Under the pieces are notes generated by a model. It was not told the origin of the DNA and made no database searches. It was given only the letters and a program-made list of their open reading frames with translations. The position numbers and the translations under genes were made by a program. Shown here piece after piece: positions 55,739-64,000 of a stretch of DNA of 64,000 nt (positions within the stretch are counted from its first letter, which is position 1; each line of letters opens with the position of its first letter). Origin of the DNA: a virus; IMG/VR virus record IMGVR_UViG_3300006224_000008, positions 1 through 64,000 of that record; one strand, 5' to 3'.

Positions 55739-56110
55739 ATGAAAACAATAAAAAAACTACTCGCAATCGCAGTCCTCGCGGTCGTCTGCCTTGTGGCATT
55801 CTCGGTGAATGCCGCTGGCACAGTGCCAATCACAGTCGGCTGGTCGTGCGCGCAAGCCGACGGTCCGACGAATTACGTGTTCAAGGTGTACACGAGCCCT
55901 GACGCAACGCCGCCCGGCACTGTCCTCACGACCGTAACCGGAGTCACGAATGCCACCTTGACCGTCAATCGACCCTCGGATCAGTACCTCTACGTGACGG
56001 TCACTGACCCGCGCAGCAATCCCACGAACTACATCGCGGAAAGCGAACCGTCGAATATCATCAGGGTCCGCGTGCTCGGCAACGGGCAACTCAAAGTGAC
56101 TTCGCCGTGA
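55739..56110 (+). CDS. Signal-peptide-bearing FN3-like protein
   Basis: MKTIKKLLAIAVLAVVCLVAFSVNA signal peptide; ITVGW..FKVY..LYVTV..ESEPSN. Confidence 0.75.
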   Translation: MKTIKKLLAIAVLAVVCLVAFSVNAAGTVPITVGWSCAQADGPTNYVFKVYTSPDATPPGTVLTTVTGVTNATLTVNRPSDQYLYVTVTDPRSNPTNYIAESEPSNIIRVRVLGNGQLKVTSP

Positions 56111-56940
56111 CCCGATGGCTGACATTACCCTTCGCGCTAATCGCGTTTGCCGTTGTCGCCCAGCAGGGCACCAATAGCGTGACGTTGGCATGGGACCCGT
56201 CGCCTGGACCGGACATTGCGGGATACAGTATCTATTACGGAACAGCGAGTGGCTCTTACGGAGCGGGCAAGGTCACAGTTGGCAACGTCACGAATGCTGT
56301 GGTTACCGGGCTAACAAATGGCGTCACGTACTACTTCGTCGCCACTGCAACTGACACTTCCGGTCTCGAATCTGATCTGTCCAATGAAGTCAGCTACACA
56401 GTGCCCGGTGAACCGCCGCCACCTGTGCCTTGCACGCAGACGAATTGGATTACGAGTTTCATCCCGGGGACGCTCCGCACGAATTACAGCGGCTGGGTTG
56501 GATTGAAGTTCCGGGTTGGCGCAAGGCCGTTGGACGTGCGTGGCCTTGGTAGGGTCCACATTGATGGGAACACGAATCCACATACGCTCCGGCTCGTGCG
56601 AGTCTCGGATGGAGTAATCATCGCTGATGCCGCCTGGGTGCCTGCCGGAGAAACGAATCAGATTTCCTACGCCCAGGTGGATTCCGTCATTCTCCAGCCG
56701 AACACGGAATACATTCTAGCCTCGCAGGAAGTCACCGGGGGCGATGCGTGGTACAGCTATGAGACGGCAATTACCACGACTGACAAAGCCGCTGCCGTCT
56801 CACCAGTTTATAGCAACACGGGGACCGCTTGGGTGAACTACGGCACTCCGGGGAACTTTACTTACGGCCCAGTCGGTCTACTCTATTGCCTTTCGGGTGC
56901 GCCGCCAGGACCACGCAATTTGCGGGTGCTGACGCAATGA
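56107..56940 (+). CDS. Signal-peptide-bearing FN3 + beta-sandwich protein
   Basis: SVTLAWDPS..IAGYSIYYGTASGSY..GLTNGVTYYFVATA..GLESDLSNEVSY; second domain begins NYSGWVGLKF.V. Confidence 0.82.
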   Translation: MTRWLTLPFALIAFAVVAQQGTNSVTLAWDPSPGPDIAGYSIYYGTASGSYGAGKVTVGNVTNAVVTGLTNGVTYYFVATATDTSGLESDLSNEVSYTVPGEPPPPVPCTQTNWITSFIPGTLRTNYSGWVGLKFRVGARPLDVRGLGRVHIDGNTNPHTLRLVRVSDGVIIADAAWVPAGETNQISYAQVDSVILQPNTEYILASQEVTGGDAWYSYETAITTTDKAAAVSPVYSNTGTAWVNYGTPGNFTYGPVGLLYCLSGAPPGPRNLRVLTQ

Positions 56941-57305
56941 AATCAGAACCGGACAATTGCATGAATGATGTAACCCTGAAGGAATACGTTGAATCAGTGG
57001 TGGGCCAAGAGCGCGAATTGCGCTTGCTTCAGTTCAAAGATACTGAAAGAGCACTCGATCTGGCGCGGCGTACTATGGAATCGCGCTTGGACTCAATGAA
57101 TGAGTTGCGGGCTCAAATAAATTCTGAGAGAGGCATGTTTCCCAGCCGCGACCTGTGTGACCGAATGATGAACACGATGGAAGCACGAGTGCGTGCGTTG
57201 GAAAACTTCAAATCCAACATCGAGGGGCGCATCTTGGTTATTGGCGGCTCGTTGTTGCTGCTGCAAATCATCATTGCCGCCGCCACTCTCTTGCTAAAGA
57301 AGTAG
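56937..57305 (+). CDS. Coiled-coil protein with C-terminal transmembrane helix (lysis-region)
   Basis: VTLKEY...RLDSMNELR pattern and hydrophobic C-terminus. Confidence 0.7.
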   Translation: MKSEPDNCMNDVTLKEYVESVVGQERELRLLQFKDTERALDLARRTMESRLDSMNELRAQINSERGMFPSRDLCDRMMNTMEARVRALENFKSNIEGRILVIGGSLLLLQIIIAAATLLLKK

Positions 57306-57325
57306 AACTAAGTGAAAGGAATCAA

Positions 57326-57574
57326 ATGAAAAAGTCGCTTGTGGACATGATAAGCTCAGCGGATGGCAGCATCAGCCTTATGCGCGTGTGCACTCTGCTC
57401 GTGGTACTGGCGGTCCTGTTCAACTGGTGCTGGCTCACTGTCAAAACCGGTGTGAAACAACCGCTGGATTGGGATGAAGTCGTAATGGTCATCGGCGCTC
57501 TCACAGCCAAGGCGATCCAACGCCCCTTCGAAACCAAGCCAACCGCACCGGTGGTTACCGGAACAACGCCGTGA
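57326..57574 (+). CDS. Putative holin (2 transmembrane helices)
   Basis: GAAAGGA RBS; ISLMRV motif; two hydrophobic helices; KAIQ..FE. Confidence 0.6.
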   Translation: MKKSLVDMISSADGSISLMRVCTLLVVLAVLFNWCWLTVKTGVKQPLDWDEVVMVIGALTAKAIQRPFETKPTAPVVTGTTP

Positions 57575-57882
57575 AAACGCTATTCTCACTTCTGGTAGCG
57601 TTCGCCCTCTGTGGGTGCGCTCGCTTCAGCACGAAACAAACGGACGTCAGCTATGACAACGGCAATACGAACAACCCGTCTCGGGAGATTACCACGAAAG
57701 CAGCGGCTTGGACGTTCTTCTCGGGCAAGTCGGCCCTCACGAACTGGAAGGCAACCCAGACCGACAAGACCCAAGGCGCAACCGTAGGGTCGCTTGTACA
57801 GGAGGGCGGGCAGACGAATCAGGTGTCGGACATTGTGGCTGCTGCGGTCGGCGCTGCCGTCAAGGCGACGATGAAGCCGTAG
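57571..57882 (+). CDS. Lipoprotein (possible spanin-like)
   Basis: Lipobox ALCG-C after a hydrophobic leader; Ala/Val-rich C-terminus. Confidence 0.7.
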   Translation: MKTLFSLLVAFALCGCARFSTKQTDVSYDNGNTNNPSREITTKAAAWTFFSGKSALTNWKATQTDKTQGATVGSLVQEGGQTNQVSDIVAAAVGAAVKATMKP

Positions 57883-58246
57883 GATGCGCGAGGGCGAGGT
57901 ACTCGGTCTTGCTGCGGATGCAGTGGACTGTGTGGCCCTTCAATTCGAGCTGGATTGAGAATCCAAGTTGAGCCGGGCGCAGCTTCCCGGTGCGCGACTT
58001 GCATTCAATCACGAGGACCCGGCCGCGGTCCGCAAAAATAATGAAGTCTGCGGCGCCCTCGTTGATCGTGGATTTCTTGTCCATCCTGGAATGGATATAC
58101 CCCCAGCCGTTAGCGCGGCAATCGGCCATGATGAACTCGTGCAGGTCGCTTTCCTCTTCAACACCATCATCTGGAATGTTCTCAGGCCGGGCGTTGCCCT
58201 TTAAGCGGGCAAGCATCCTCAGGTATTCTGCTTCGGTGATGATCAT
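57860..58246 (-). CDS. VRR-NUC nuclease
   Basis: EESDL..GAADF..VIECKS.TGKLRPAQ; ATGA coupling. Confidence 0.85.
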   Translation of the reverse strand: MIITEAEYLRMLARLKGNARPENIPDDGVEEESDLHEFIMADCRANGWGYIHSRMDKKSTINEGAADFIIFADRGRVLVIECKSRTGKLRPAQLGFSIQLELKGHTVHCIRSKTEYLALAHPTASSSP

Positions 58247-58470
58247 TGTTCCACGTGGAACTCCCGGGCACGTTTGAGCGCGTATATTGCACGAAAGATT
58301 TCGTCCAAGTCCAAAGGCCCAACCGGTAGTGGCCCACAGTTGTCTAGCATCCACAGAATGCCTCTGTTTGACCTGACCCAACCATTGGGCGCCGCTGGAA
58401 GAAAGATTCCCCCGGTGGACAGCACCAGCGAAGCGCCGAGGATTTGTCTCAGGAAATACCGTCTCTTCAT
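58243..58470 (-). CDS. Small protein with twin-arginine-like leader
   Basis: MKRRYFL followed by a hydrophobic stretch; coupled to both neighbours. Confidence 0.65.
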   Translation of the reverse strand: MKRRYFLRQILGASLVLSTGGIFLPAAPNGWVRSNRGILWMLDNCGPLPVGPLDLDEIFRAIYALKRAREFHVEQ

Positions 58471-58757
58471 CAGCCCCTTTCCAGTCCGCCGAACACCATG
58501 CCCTTTTCATTGGCGTAGCTCACGTAGATAGTGACCCCGTTGAAGAAGAGAACGCCGGGCTTGCATCGTGCCATGGCTCCCGCCTGCATGGCGTTTGGTG
58601 TCGGAGCTAGTGAATACATCGCCTCCAGACAGCCGCAGAAAGCTTCAAAGTCCTGGTGTCCCATGATACAGACGCACGGGAGAGGTTGACCAGAGGCCCG
58701 CTGTTCAGCGTATTGCCCCTGCTGAAACTCGGTAATGAGGTCACGCGCTTCGCTCAT
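58470..58757 (-). CDS. Hypothetical protein
   Basis: Operon packing. Confidence 0.65.
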   Translation of the reverse strand: MSEARDLITEFQQGQYAEQRASGQPLPCVCIMGHQDFEAFCGCLEAMYSLAPTPNAMQAGAMARCKPGVLFFNGVTIYVSYANEKGMVFGGLERG

Positions 58758-58959
58758 GAGGTTTGGACTTCACCTTCAACTGAACCGGTTGGCCGTCGAT
58801 GGAGAATGTGACGGTGCTAACGTCGTCTTTAACGACGCGCAATAATCTGACCCACTGCGACAGGCCGAGGTGCACCACGTTACCGTCCCGTCGAACGCGT
58901 CTGAACGGCATCTGAAGCGCCTGCCCGTTTCCCAAATTAACGAGAATTGTGGTCGTCAC
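58741..58959 (-). CDS. Hypothetical protein
   Basis: GAGGAG RBS; GTGA overlap. Confidence 0.6.
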   Translation of the reverse strand: MTTTILVNLGNGQALQMPFRRVRRDGNVVHLGLSQWVRLLRVVKDDVSTVTFSIDGQPVQLKVKSKPHERSA

Positions 58960-60107
58960 AACTCCTCGATGCTCCCCGCACTTTCTTTGGGCTCAATGAA
59001 TCCATCCAGCGCCTTCCGAACCCATTCCTTCGCTGCCTTCTCTGATGACAGGTTCTTCTGCACTCGCACGAACTTCGCCAGATCCTCTTTGCCCATGGAC
59101 AGACAGGCCCAAAGACCGTCCTCCTCGAATCCGTCGCCTTTCAGGAATTCGAATGCTTCCTTGACCAGCACGATTGGATCCAGTGCCCGGCCCTTTCCGA
59201 CTTTGAGTCCAAGGGCGGCGAGTTCTTCTGGTGGCATCTTCTTCAAGCGCGAGACAACGGCGTCCAGAATCTTTTCCACGATGCTCTTGGATTGCCAGAG
59301 GCGCTTCAGGTCTGCGCCAACCATCCTGTCAACAGCCGCTTCGATGTCGGCCTTCTTCACTGCGCCATCGGCAATGACCGACGGCAGAAGCGAGTACGCG
59401 CCCGCGCTCCGGCAGTAGCTTTTGCCTGGGCAATAGTTGCAGTGCGGCCCGGGGATCAGCGGCGCGTCCTCCTGCTCCATCTGCCACAGGTGGTACATGA
59501 TATGCCGGTCTGCGTTCTCCAGGTCGTTCAGAGTGTAATCGCAATAGTCCCCTGCGCCGACCTTCAACCGGGCCTTGCAGTGCGCCACACGGAGGCGCCG
59601 AATCTCGGGACGTTCTTTCCAGAGGCAAACGCCCTGCACGCGCAGTTGTGTCGAGCGCGGCGAAGGCACGAGTTTCTTCACCCAACCGCTCTTCAGATCC
59701 ACGATCAACGCCGCATCCTGAGAACAGAAATGCCGGTCCAGTTTGGCACTGGTCAGCGGTTCGAGTGTGTCAGGGTGCCGGTACCATAGCCTTTCTTCGC
59801 GTGGCCCTTCCTCGCAATCGGGCAGGTTGTAATCCCGCATCCAGCCCTGGACGAGTTGGTCGAGGAACTTAAGACCCTGGTTGTAGACCTCCAGTTGTTC
59901 CTCGGACAACGGCAGCGTGTTACCGGTCTCGAAGGCTTGGTGGATCAGCGTGCCTTCGTCAGCGTCCGGCCCGGCCGGGGAAGACAATACCTCGGCGGGG
60001 AGGGTCGCACACAGCTTTTTCTTGCCGGGACAGGACCAGCCTGCGTTATCGCTGGCAGAGATTAGTCCCAGGCGTTCGTCGTCTTGGTCGAGGGGCTGTC
60101 GGTTCAT
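58956..60107 (-). CDS. PD-(D/E)XK Cas4-like/DUF2800-like exonuclease
   Basis: SAS...CPG, EGT.IH, KLD, IVDLKSG, QL, PGPHCNYCP..C. Confidence 0.85.
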   Translation of the reverse strand: MNRQPLDQDDERLGLISASDNAGWSCPGKKKLCATLPAEVLSSPAGPDADEGTLIHQAFETGNTLPLSEEQLEVYNQGLKFLDQLVQGWMRDYNLPDCEEGPREERLWYRHPDTLEPLTSAKLDRHFCSQDAALIVDLKSGWVKKLVPSPRSTQLRVQGVCLWKERPEIRRLRVAHCKARLKVGAGDYCDYTLNDLENADRHIMYHLWQMEQEDAPLIPGPHCNYCPGKSYCRSAGAYSLLPSVIADGAVKKADIEAAVDRMVGADLKRLWQSKSIVEKILDAVVSRLKKMPPEELAALGLKVGKGRALDPIVLVKEAFEFLKGDGFEEDGLWACLSMGKEDLAKFVRVQKNLSSEKAAKEWVRKALDGFIEPKESAGSIEEL

Positions 60108-60108
60108 T

Positions 60109-60327
60109 TTAGATCTCGTATTCAGGTTCTTGGGCTACAAGGTCGTATGCCCTGTGGATGGCGCGGACGAGTTCATCAAGGGTAGCGCCTGAGTCCCGGA
60201 GGGAGACGTGCTCCCGGATCAGTCGTCGCTGCGTTTGAAAGGGCAGTCGGACGTGCAGATCGGCATGCGCCTGCAACGCATCGGTGATGCGCGCAGTGTC
60301 CGGATCCCGATAGGCCAGCAGATTCAT
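60109..60327 (-). CDS. Hypothetical protein
   Basis: Operon packing. Confidence 0.6.
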   Translation of the reverse strand: MNLLAYRDPDTARITDALQAHADLHVRLPFQTQRRLIREHVSLRDSGATLDELVRAIHRAYDLVAQEPEYEI

Positions 60328-60345
60328 GGTTTGGTTTCGGGCGGT

Positions 60346-61257
60346 TCACGTTGACCCAAGCAGTATGCGATTCGCTGGCGGGAGCCAGAATGGATACAAA
60401 GCCTGAAAACCGCACGCGCCCCTATGCCCGCCTCCACCGTACTTCACTGCAATGGCGGACAGGTCCAGATCGGTGCGGTGGCGGGCATGGTAGAGACTCA
60501 CAATCCATTCCTTGCCGTTGAAGAAGAAACCCATCAGCGCGTCATGCCCAGTCTCCGGCACATCCCTTGCCGCGAACGCCAGAGAGTTGCAACGTGCCGT
60601 GTTCAGGGCCAGGAACTTTAGCCCTTCAAACTCGATGATAAACGAACGCGTTGTGACAATGGAAGCGTCAACGTTCTGCGCGTAACGCTGGGCAATCTCA
60701 CCTTCTTTAACGAGGGCATCCGTGTACCCGGTGTTCTGTGACAGCAGCATATCCCATGCGATGTCCTTTTGAATGCGCAATCCATACTGGAACGTTTCTG
60801 CCCGCGGGTCGCTCCGGTCCCACACGTCGTACTCCCCGGCGAGTTGCACCGCGAGGGGTTCATCGACTTCGCATGCAAGATATTTCTCCTTGCGCGGCAA
60901 TTCCTGGTCCTGTGGAACCGAATTTATTGTGAACCACTGCCACGCCAGACGGCACGCGGCCACGCCGTCGATGCGATAGCCAACAAGGTCCGGTGGGTGC
61001 GACTTGATAGCGCTGGCGTGGTGATCGATCCACACCAGCCGCCGATGGTTCAGTAAGTAGATCAATGGCATGGGCCAGCCAAAAGGTTTGTCAGTTGGCA
61101 GGTCCATAACGTAAACGTCACCCTCGGTCGGGATTGGAATTGGAGGATCTCCATAGTTCCACCCAATGAACGTGGTGTCCTCTGGCAAAAACTTGCGGGC
61201 AATCTCACGGCAGAAAATGCCGTCGTAATCGGCGCTGTGGAAAATCACGGTTGTCAT
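60346..61257 (-). CDS. DHH/DHHA1 phosphoesterase
   Basis: HSADYDG, VMD, WIDHH, YDVW, YGGGGHRGACGF. Confidence 0.9.
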   Translation of the reverse strand: MTTVIFHSADYDGIFCREIARKFLPEDTTFIGWNYGDPPIPIPTEGDVYVMDLPTDKPFGWPMPLIYLLNHRRLVWIDHHASAIKSHPPDLVGYRIDGVAACRLAWQWFTINSVPQDQELPRKEKYLACEVDEPLAVQLAGEYDVWDRSDPRAETFQYGLRIQKDIAWDMLLSQNTGYTDALVKEGEIAQRYAQNVDASIVTTRSFIIEFEGLKFLALNTARCNSLAFAARDVPETGHDALMGFFFNGKEWIVSLYHARHRTDLDLSAIAVKYGGGGHRGACGFQALYPFWLPPANRILLGST

Positions 61258-61321
61258 GGTGAGAGAAGGAGAATTGGGAAGCCCGGCCATTCCTAGGAGA
61301 CCGGGCTCCCCTTGTTCATAG

Positions 61322-61625
61322 TACGCGAAAGGGTCAGAACTCAGTTGTTGGAGTCGATGTGCCTGATGCTGGCGATGCTGGTGATCATCGTTTCCTTGGG
61401 TTGTTCATTCCAAGGGTTTGTCTTCGGCTTAAGTTCAGCGAAAGTCCAGTTGGGTTTGATGTCCGCCCACGACCACGCTTCTTTCCCGTCCACATGAAGA
61501 TGGAATAGCGGTTTCTCTTTAGGCATTTCCGGGTGATCGAGTGATAATAGTAGCTTCTCGATTTCTGCCGCAATGCGCTGTTTTTCTGTTAGACTGAACA
61601 TAAAGATACGCGAAAGGGTTAGAAC
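61322..61625. repeat. 19-bp direct repeats (1 mismatch) flanking one small gene
   Basis: tacgcgaaagggtcagaac (61322-40) and tacgcgaaagggttagaac (61607-25). Confidence 0.85.
61341..61601 (-). CDS. Small phage hypothetical protein (MFSLTEKQRIA...HPEMP...WSWADI.PN)
   Basis: Fits exactly between the two direct repeats. Confidence 0.75.
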   Translation of the reverse strand: MFSLTEKQRIAAEIEKLLLSLDHPEMPKEKPLFHLHVDGKEAWSWADIKPNWTFAELKPKTNPWNEQPKETMITSIASIRHIDSNN

Positions 61626-62905
61626 GCTGGTTGTTCCTTGATTTTCGGCAGGATATTCGGCCACGTCTTCAGCATCTGGTTGTACTTCGCCGTGCTTAGT
61701 TCAGTCAGCTTCCGCTGTTCCGGCTTGGCCAGCTTCACTTCATGCGCCCAGTTCATGACCTGGGGTTCGCTTACGCCGTTCTTGTGCATCATCAAGCGGA
61801 CGTTTTGCAGCTCATCACTCTCGTTCGAGTTCGGCACGAATGGCGCAGCCGGTTCTGACTGTGTGGCAGGTTCAGCCGGTGCCGGTGTCGGGACTTGCAT
61901 TGTTATTGTTGTCGTAGTTGTGGTCTGCGTTTGCGATGCTGGCGCAAGACCCGCGGCGGCTTCAGCTTCCTCGTCGGAGGGTTCGACCTTCTCTTTAGCG
62001 CTATTGTCCTGTGGCGCATTGGTGGATGGCTGCTGTGCTGGTGGTGTTGTGGATGTCACGACAGCGGGCGCCGTTTTTTTCGTCTCCTGAGTCGGCGGCT
62101 TCGGTTGTCCGGGAATCTCCGGGGCTTTGGTTGCGGGCCTCACGGGCGCAAAAATCTCCTCGATGGAACACCCTTCCTGCCCGTCCTTGATGGCCGTAAA
62201 CAGGCCAAAAAGAACCTCAAGATCCGAGAGTTCAATCTCTTCCACTGTTTTCTTCTCCACCTTAGCGAGTAGTTGTTCGGTGGTGACCCCGATCTTGCTG
62301 AACTTTTCGATGGCCCGGGCACGCCGTTGCACAAGAGATTTGGCCGTTCCGATGGCCACAGCTTTGGCCTGTTCGAACACAGGCTTGATTAGGGCCAGCG
62401 GGACGATCTTGTAAATAGCGTCGCGAAAGGCGATTGCACTGCAAGCGTTGGTAGCAAGATTGATGTCGTCCTCGTCGATGGCGAGTTTGCTCTTCTTTTT
62501 TGTGATACGGCGCCGTTTCTCCATGCTGACCGTGATGTTGTTCTCAAGGTCGGTAGCGATTGCCTGGACAACCACGTGCGGGTTCTCACCGTTGACCACG
62601 GATTGAATGATACGCGAACCTGCCCGGAGATTGCCGTAGCACGATGCCGCAATCTCAGCCAGCCGGACGCTTGGTCCCTGGATTAACTTCCCGCCTCTGG
62701 GCAGAGAGTAGAAGCAGGACTCTGCGGTCTCTTCATCCAAAGTGGCGAAGCTCATCATCTTGGCCTTTACTCGGGCCAGTTCGCGGGGGTATTTGCGTGC
62801 GGTAGCGATGGAAATGTCTACCTCTGCGCGGGTGACTGCCTCAACCGCTGATGGGGCGAGGACTTCGAGGGGCGCCTCACTACTGCCCATGCTTTGGTCG
62901 TTCAT
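61619..62905 (-). CDS. Phage protein, possible ssDNA-annealing/recombination protein
   Basis: IATARKYPR..CFYSLPRGGK.IQGPSVRLAE N-terminal domain, disordered linker, small C-terminal domain; near the exonuclease gene. Confidence 0.6.
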   Translation of the reverse strand: MNDQSMGSSEAPLEVLAPSAVEAVTRAEVDISIATARKYPRELARVKAKMMSFATLDEETAESCFYSLPRGGKLIQGPSVRLAEIAASCYGNLRAGSRIIQSVVNGENPHVVVQAIATDLENNITVSMEKRRRITKKKSKLAIDEDDINLATNACSAIAFRDAIYKIVPLALIKPVFEQAKAVAIGTAKSLVQRRARAIEKFSKIGVTTEQLLAKVEKKTVEEIELSDLEVLFGLFTAIKDGQEGCSIEEIFAPVRPATKAPEIPGQPKPPTQETKKTAPAVVTSTTPPAQQPSTNAPQDNSAKEKVEPSDEEAEAAAGLAPASQTQTTTTTTITMQVPTPAPAEPATQSEPAAPFVPNSNESDELQNVRLMMHKNGVSEPQVMNWAHEVKLAKPEQRKLTELSTAKYNQMLKTWPNILPKIKEQPAF

Positions 62906-63147
62906 GCCGGATTATTGTTGGATGTTGTTACTGGTGTTGATGTTGTTGCTTGTGTATTTCTGTCGTTTGGTGCTGATTCGGGGGGTGGCAGAAAAACTCC
63001 TGCTTTTTCGGCCAGCTTTTTGTGCATGGCGCGAATGCCTGCTTTGCCTGCTTTAGATTTCTGTTCTCGGGTGCCGCGTTTGCCGCCTTTGCGGCCCCAC
63101 TGGACGAAATAAGCGCGGACTTCAGGTGGAAGATTGGATTTGTTCAT
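62902..63147 (-). CDS. Small basic protein with GRKGG motif
   Basis: YFVQWGRKGGKR; ATGA overlaps at both ends. Confidence 0.7.
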   Translation of the reverse strand: MNKSNLPPEVRAYFVQWGRKGGKRGTREQKSKAGKAGIRAMHKKLAEKAGVFLPPPESAPNDRNTQATTSTPVTTSNNNPA

Positions 63148-63467
63148 TTAGTCCCTTGTTGGGTACGGAGGGTCGCGAGGGCGTCTCTACCTCTACTCCG
63201 TATGGCTTCTCTCTGAGACGCACTAAGATTTGCCCATCTGCGCTGCGCAGCAGCTTCATTTGGGGTTAATCCGAGGAGTGGCAAAGCGTCTGCGTACTGG
63301 GATCCGATTCTGGCCCGTATCGTTTTTGCCAAGGTGCATTTTTGTTCTTTGTCGCCCGTATCGGCCAATCGTTCACCTTGCCTGGGATCCAGCGGGCAAT
63401 GATTCACGGAGCAATGGTCCCAACGCGGGCATTCTTTGTAGGGTGTGACGTCAAGAACTGTGGCCAC
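63144..63467 (-). CDS. Cys-rich hypothetical protein (CPRW..CS.N.CPLDP)
   Basis: GTG start 7 nt downstream of a -10 box. Confidence 0.7.
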   Translation of the reverse strand: MATVLDVTPYKECPRWDHCSVNHCPLDPRQGERLADTGDKEQKCTLAKTIRARIGSQYADALPLLGLTPNEAAAQRRWANLSASQREAIRSRGRDALATLRTQQGTK

Positions 63468-63474
63468 GACCGCG

Positions 63475-63502
63475 ATGCTACCAGAACCCAACAGCCTGTC
63501 AA
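63475..63502 (-). promoter_or_regulatory. Sigma70-type promoter, leaderless
   Basis: TTGACA-16 nt-TAGCAT with extended TG, then 7 nt to GTG. Confidence 0.7.
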
Positions 63503-63524
63503 TACATCAATCTGGTTGAGAGAT

Positions 63525-63606
63525 TGCAGGACACCCAGCCAGGATCCCCGGGGGAAACCAAAGCCCCGGTGGCGGGTACCAGCCGCCAAGAGCCGGGTGC
63601 CCTGCA
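63525..63606 (-). ncRNA. Candidate three-way-junction RNA
   Basis: GCAGGGCACCCGGC/GCTGGGTGTCCTGC 14-bp closing stem (2 G-U pairs, minus strand only) encloses GGCGG/CCGCC and CCGGGG/CCCCGG hairpins. Confidence 0.55.
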
Positions 63607-63611
63607 CAAAG

Positions 63612-63806
63612 TTACTTCTGTTTTTCCCAGATCGCTTTGCTGTCCTCGGTCCGAACCCAACGGTAACCTTGGCAGATGGCTTTTTCGAGGAGTCTAGCCG
63701 GTTGGTCGCTGGCAAGGTAAGCATCCGGGTTTTCTTCTGCGTCATGCGCAAACATGGCGTAACAAATCTCTGCGTCGATGACGATGTAGTCGTAGTGAGG
63801 CGTCAT
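63612..63806 (-). CDS. Small hypothetical protein
   Basis: GAGG RBS; ATGA overlap. Confidence 0.65.
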   Translation of the reverse strand: MTPHYDYIVIDAEICYAMFAHDAEENPDAYLASDQPARLLEKAICQGYRWVRTEDSKAIWEKQK

Positions 63807-64000
63807 ATCGGCCTCTGTTTTGATTTGCCTACAGTCACACTGCCGTCGTTGACCAGCCGTTCAGTGAACCCAAACGGGAAACGGTATGCCGGATCCGAAA
63901 CACACCAGAGCCAATACTGGTTGCTTGAGTCCACCAACCGGGACTCCGCCGGGTACAACTGCACTGCTTCGCACTCCGGCCCGACCAGTTGATTCTTGAT
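63803..64000 (-). CDS. Phage hypothetical protein, partial (IKNQLVGPECEAVQLYPAESRLVDSSNQYWLW...)
   Basis: Open frame from the window end to TGA at 63803; recurrent phage motif IKN.LVG....A...YP.ESRLVD..NQY.LW. Confidence 0.8.
   Translation of the reverse strand: MKNQLVGPECEAVQLYPAESRLVDSSNQYWLWCVSDPAYRFPFGFTERLVNDGSVTVGKSKQRPI

Noticed and set aside
58956-60107. Cas4-like gene as evidence of CRISPR-Cas
   Set aside because: No array or other cas genes seen; such exonucleases are common in phage recombination modules.
1-64000. tRNA, rRNA, integrase or IS elements
   Set aside because: None recognised by eye; tRNAscan/Infernal were not run.

Overview
The window looks like a contiguous 64-kb piece of a dsDNA tailed-phage genome, probably podovirus-like (no tape measure, sheath or integrase recognised) and probably with a Gram-negative host. 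All calls come from motif recognition and synteny; no database search was run. There are four blocks. (1) + strand, 1-22.4 kb: a Gly-Thr-Ser collagen-like fibre, a four-domain TibC/Aah-like heptosyltransferase-methyltransferase-GT2-GT4 fusion, three putative ejection proteins, and a 4210-aa polyvalent protein (ART-like domain, HExxH motif, Arg-rich tail). (2) - strand, 48.7-22.4 kb: portal, scaffold, major capsid, adaptor, a vWA/discoidin/phosphoesterase virion protein, an ~11-kb glycosyltransferase/methyltransferase/epimerase cluster, and a tail nozzle-like gene. (3) + strand, 48.7-57.9 kb: large terminase, Ig, beta-propeller and FN3 proteins, and membrane/lipoprotein genes. (4) - strand, 57.9-64 kb: nucleases, a DHH phosphoesterase and recombination-like genes. 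The strongest candidate system is a large phage-encoded virion O-glycosylation pathway, with two different initiating protein glycosyltransferases (ppGalNAc-T-like and TibC-like) and visible Ser/Thr acceptor tracts (capsid poly-Thr tail, GTS collagen). Also notable: small basic genes overprinted in the +1 frame of the giant gene, two candidate structured RNAs, leaderless promoters, and a repeat-flanked gene cassette.
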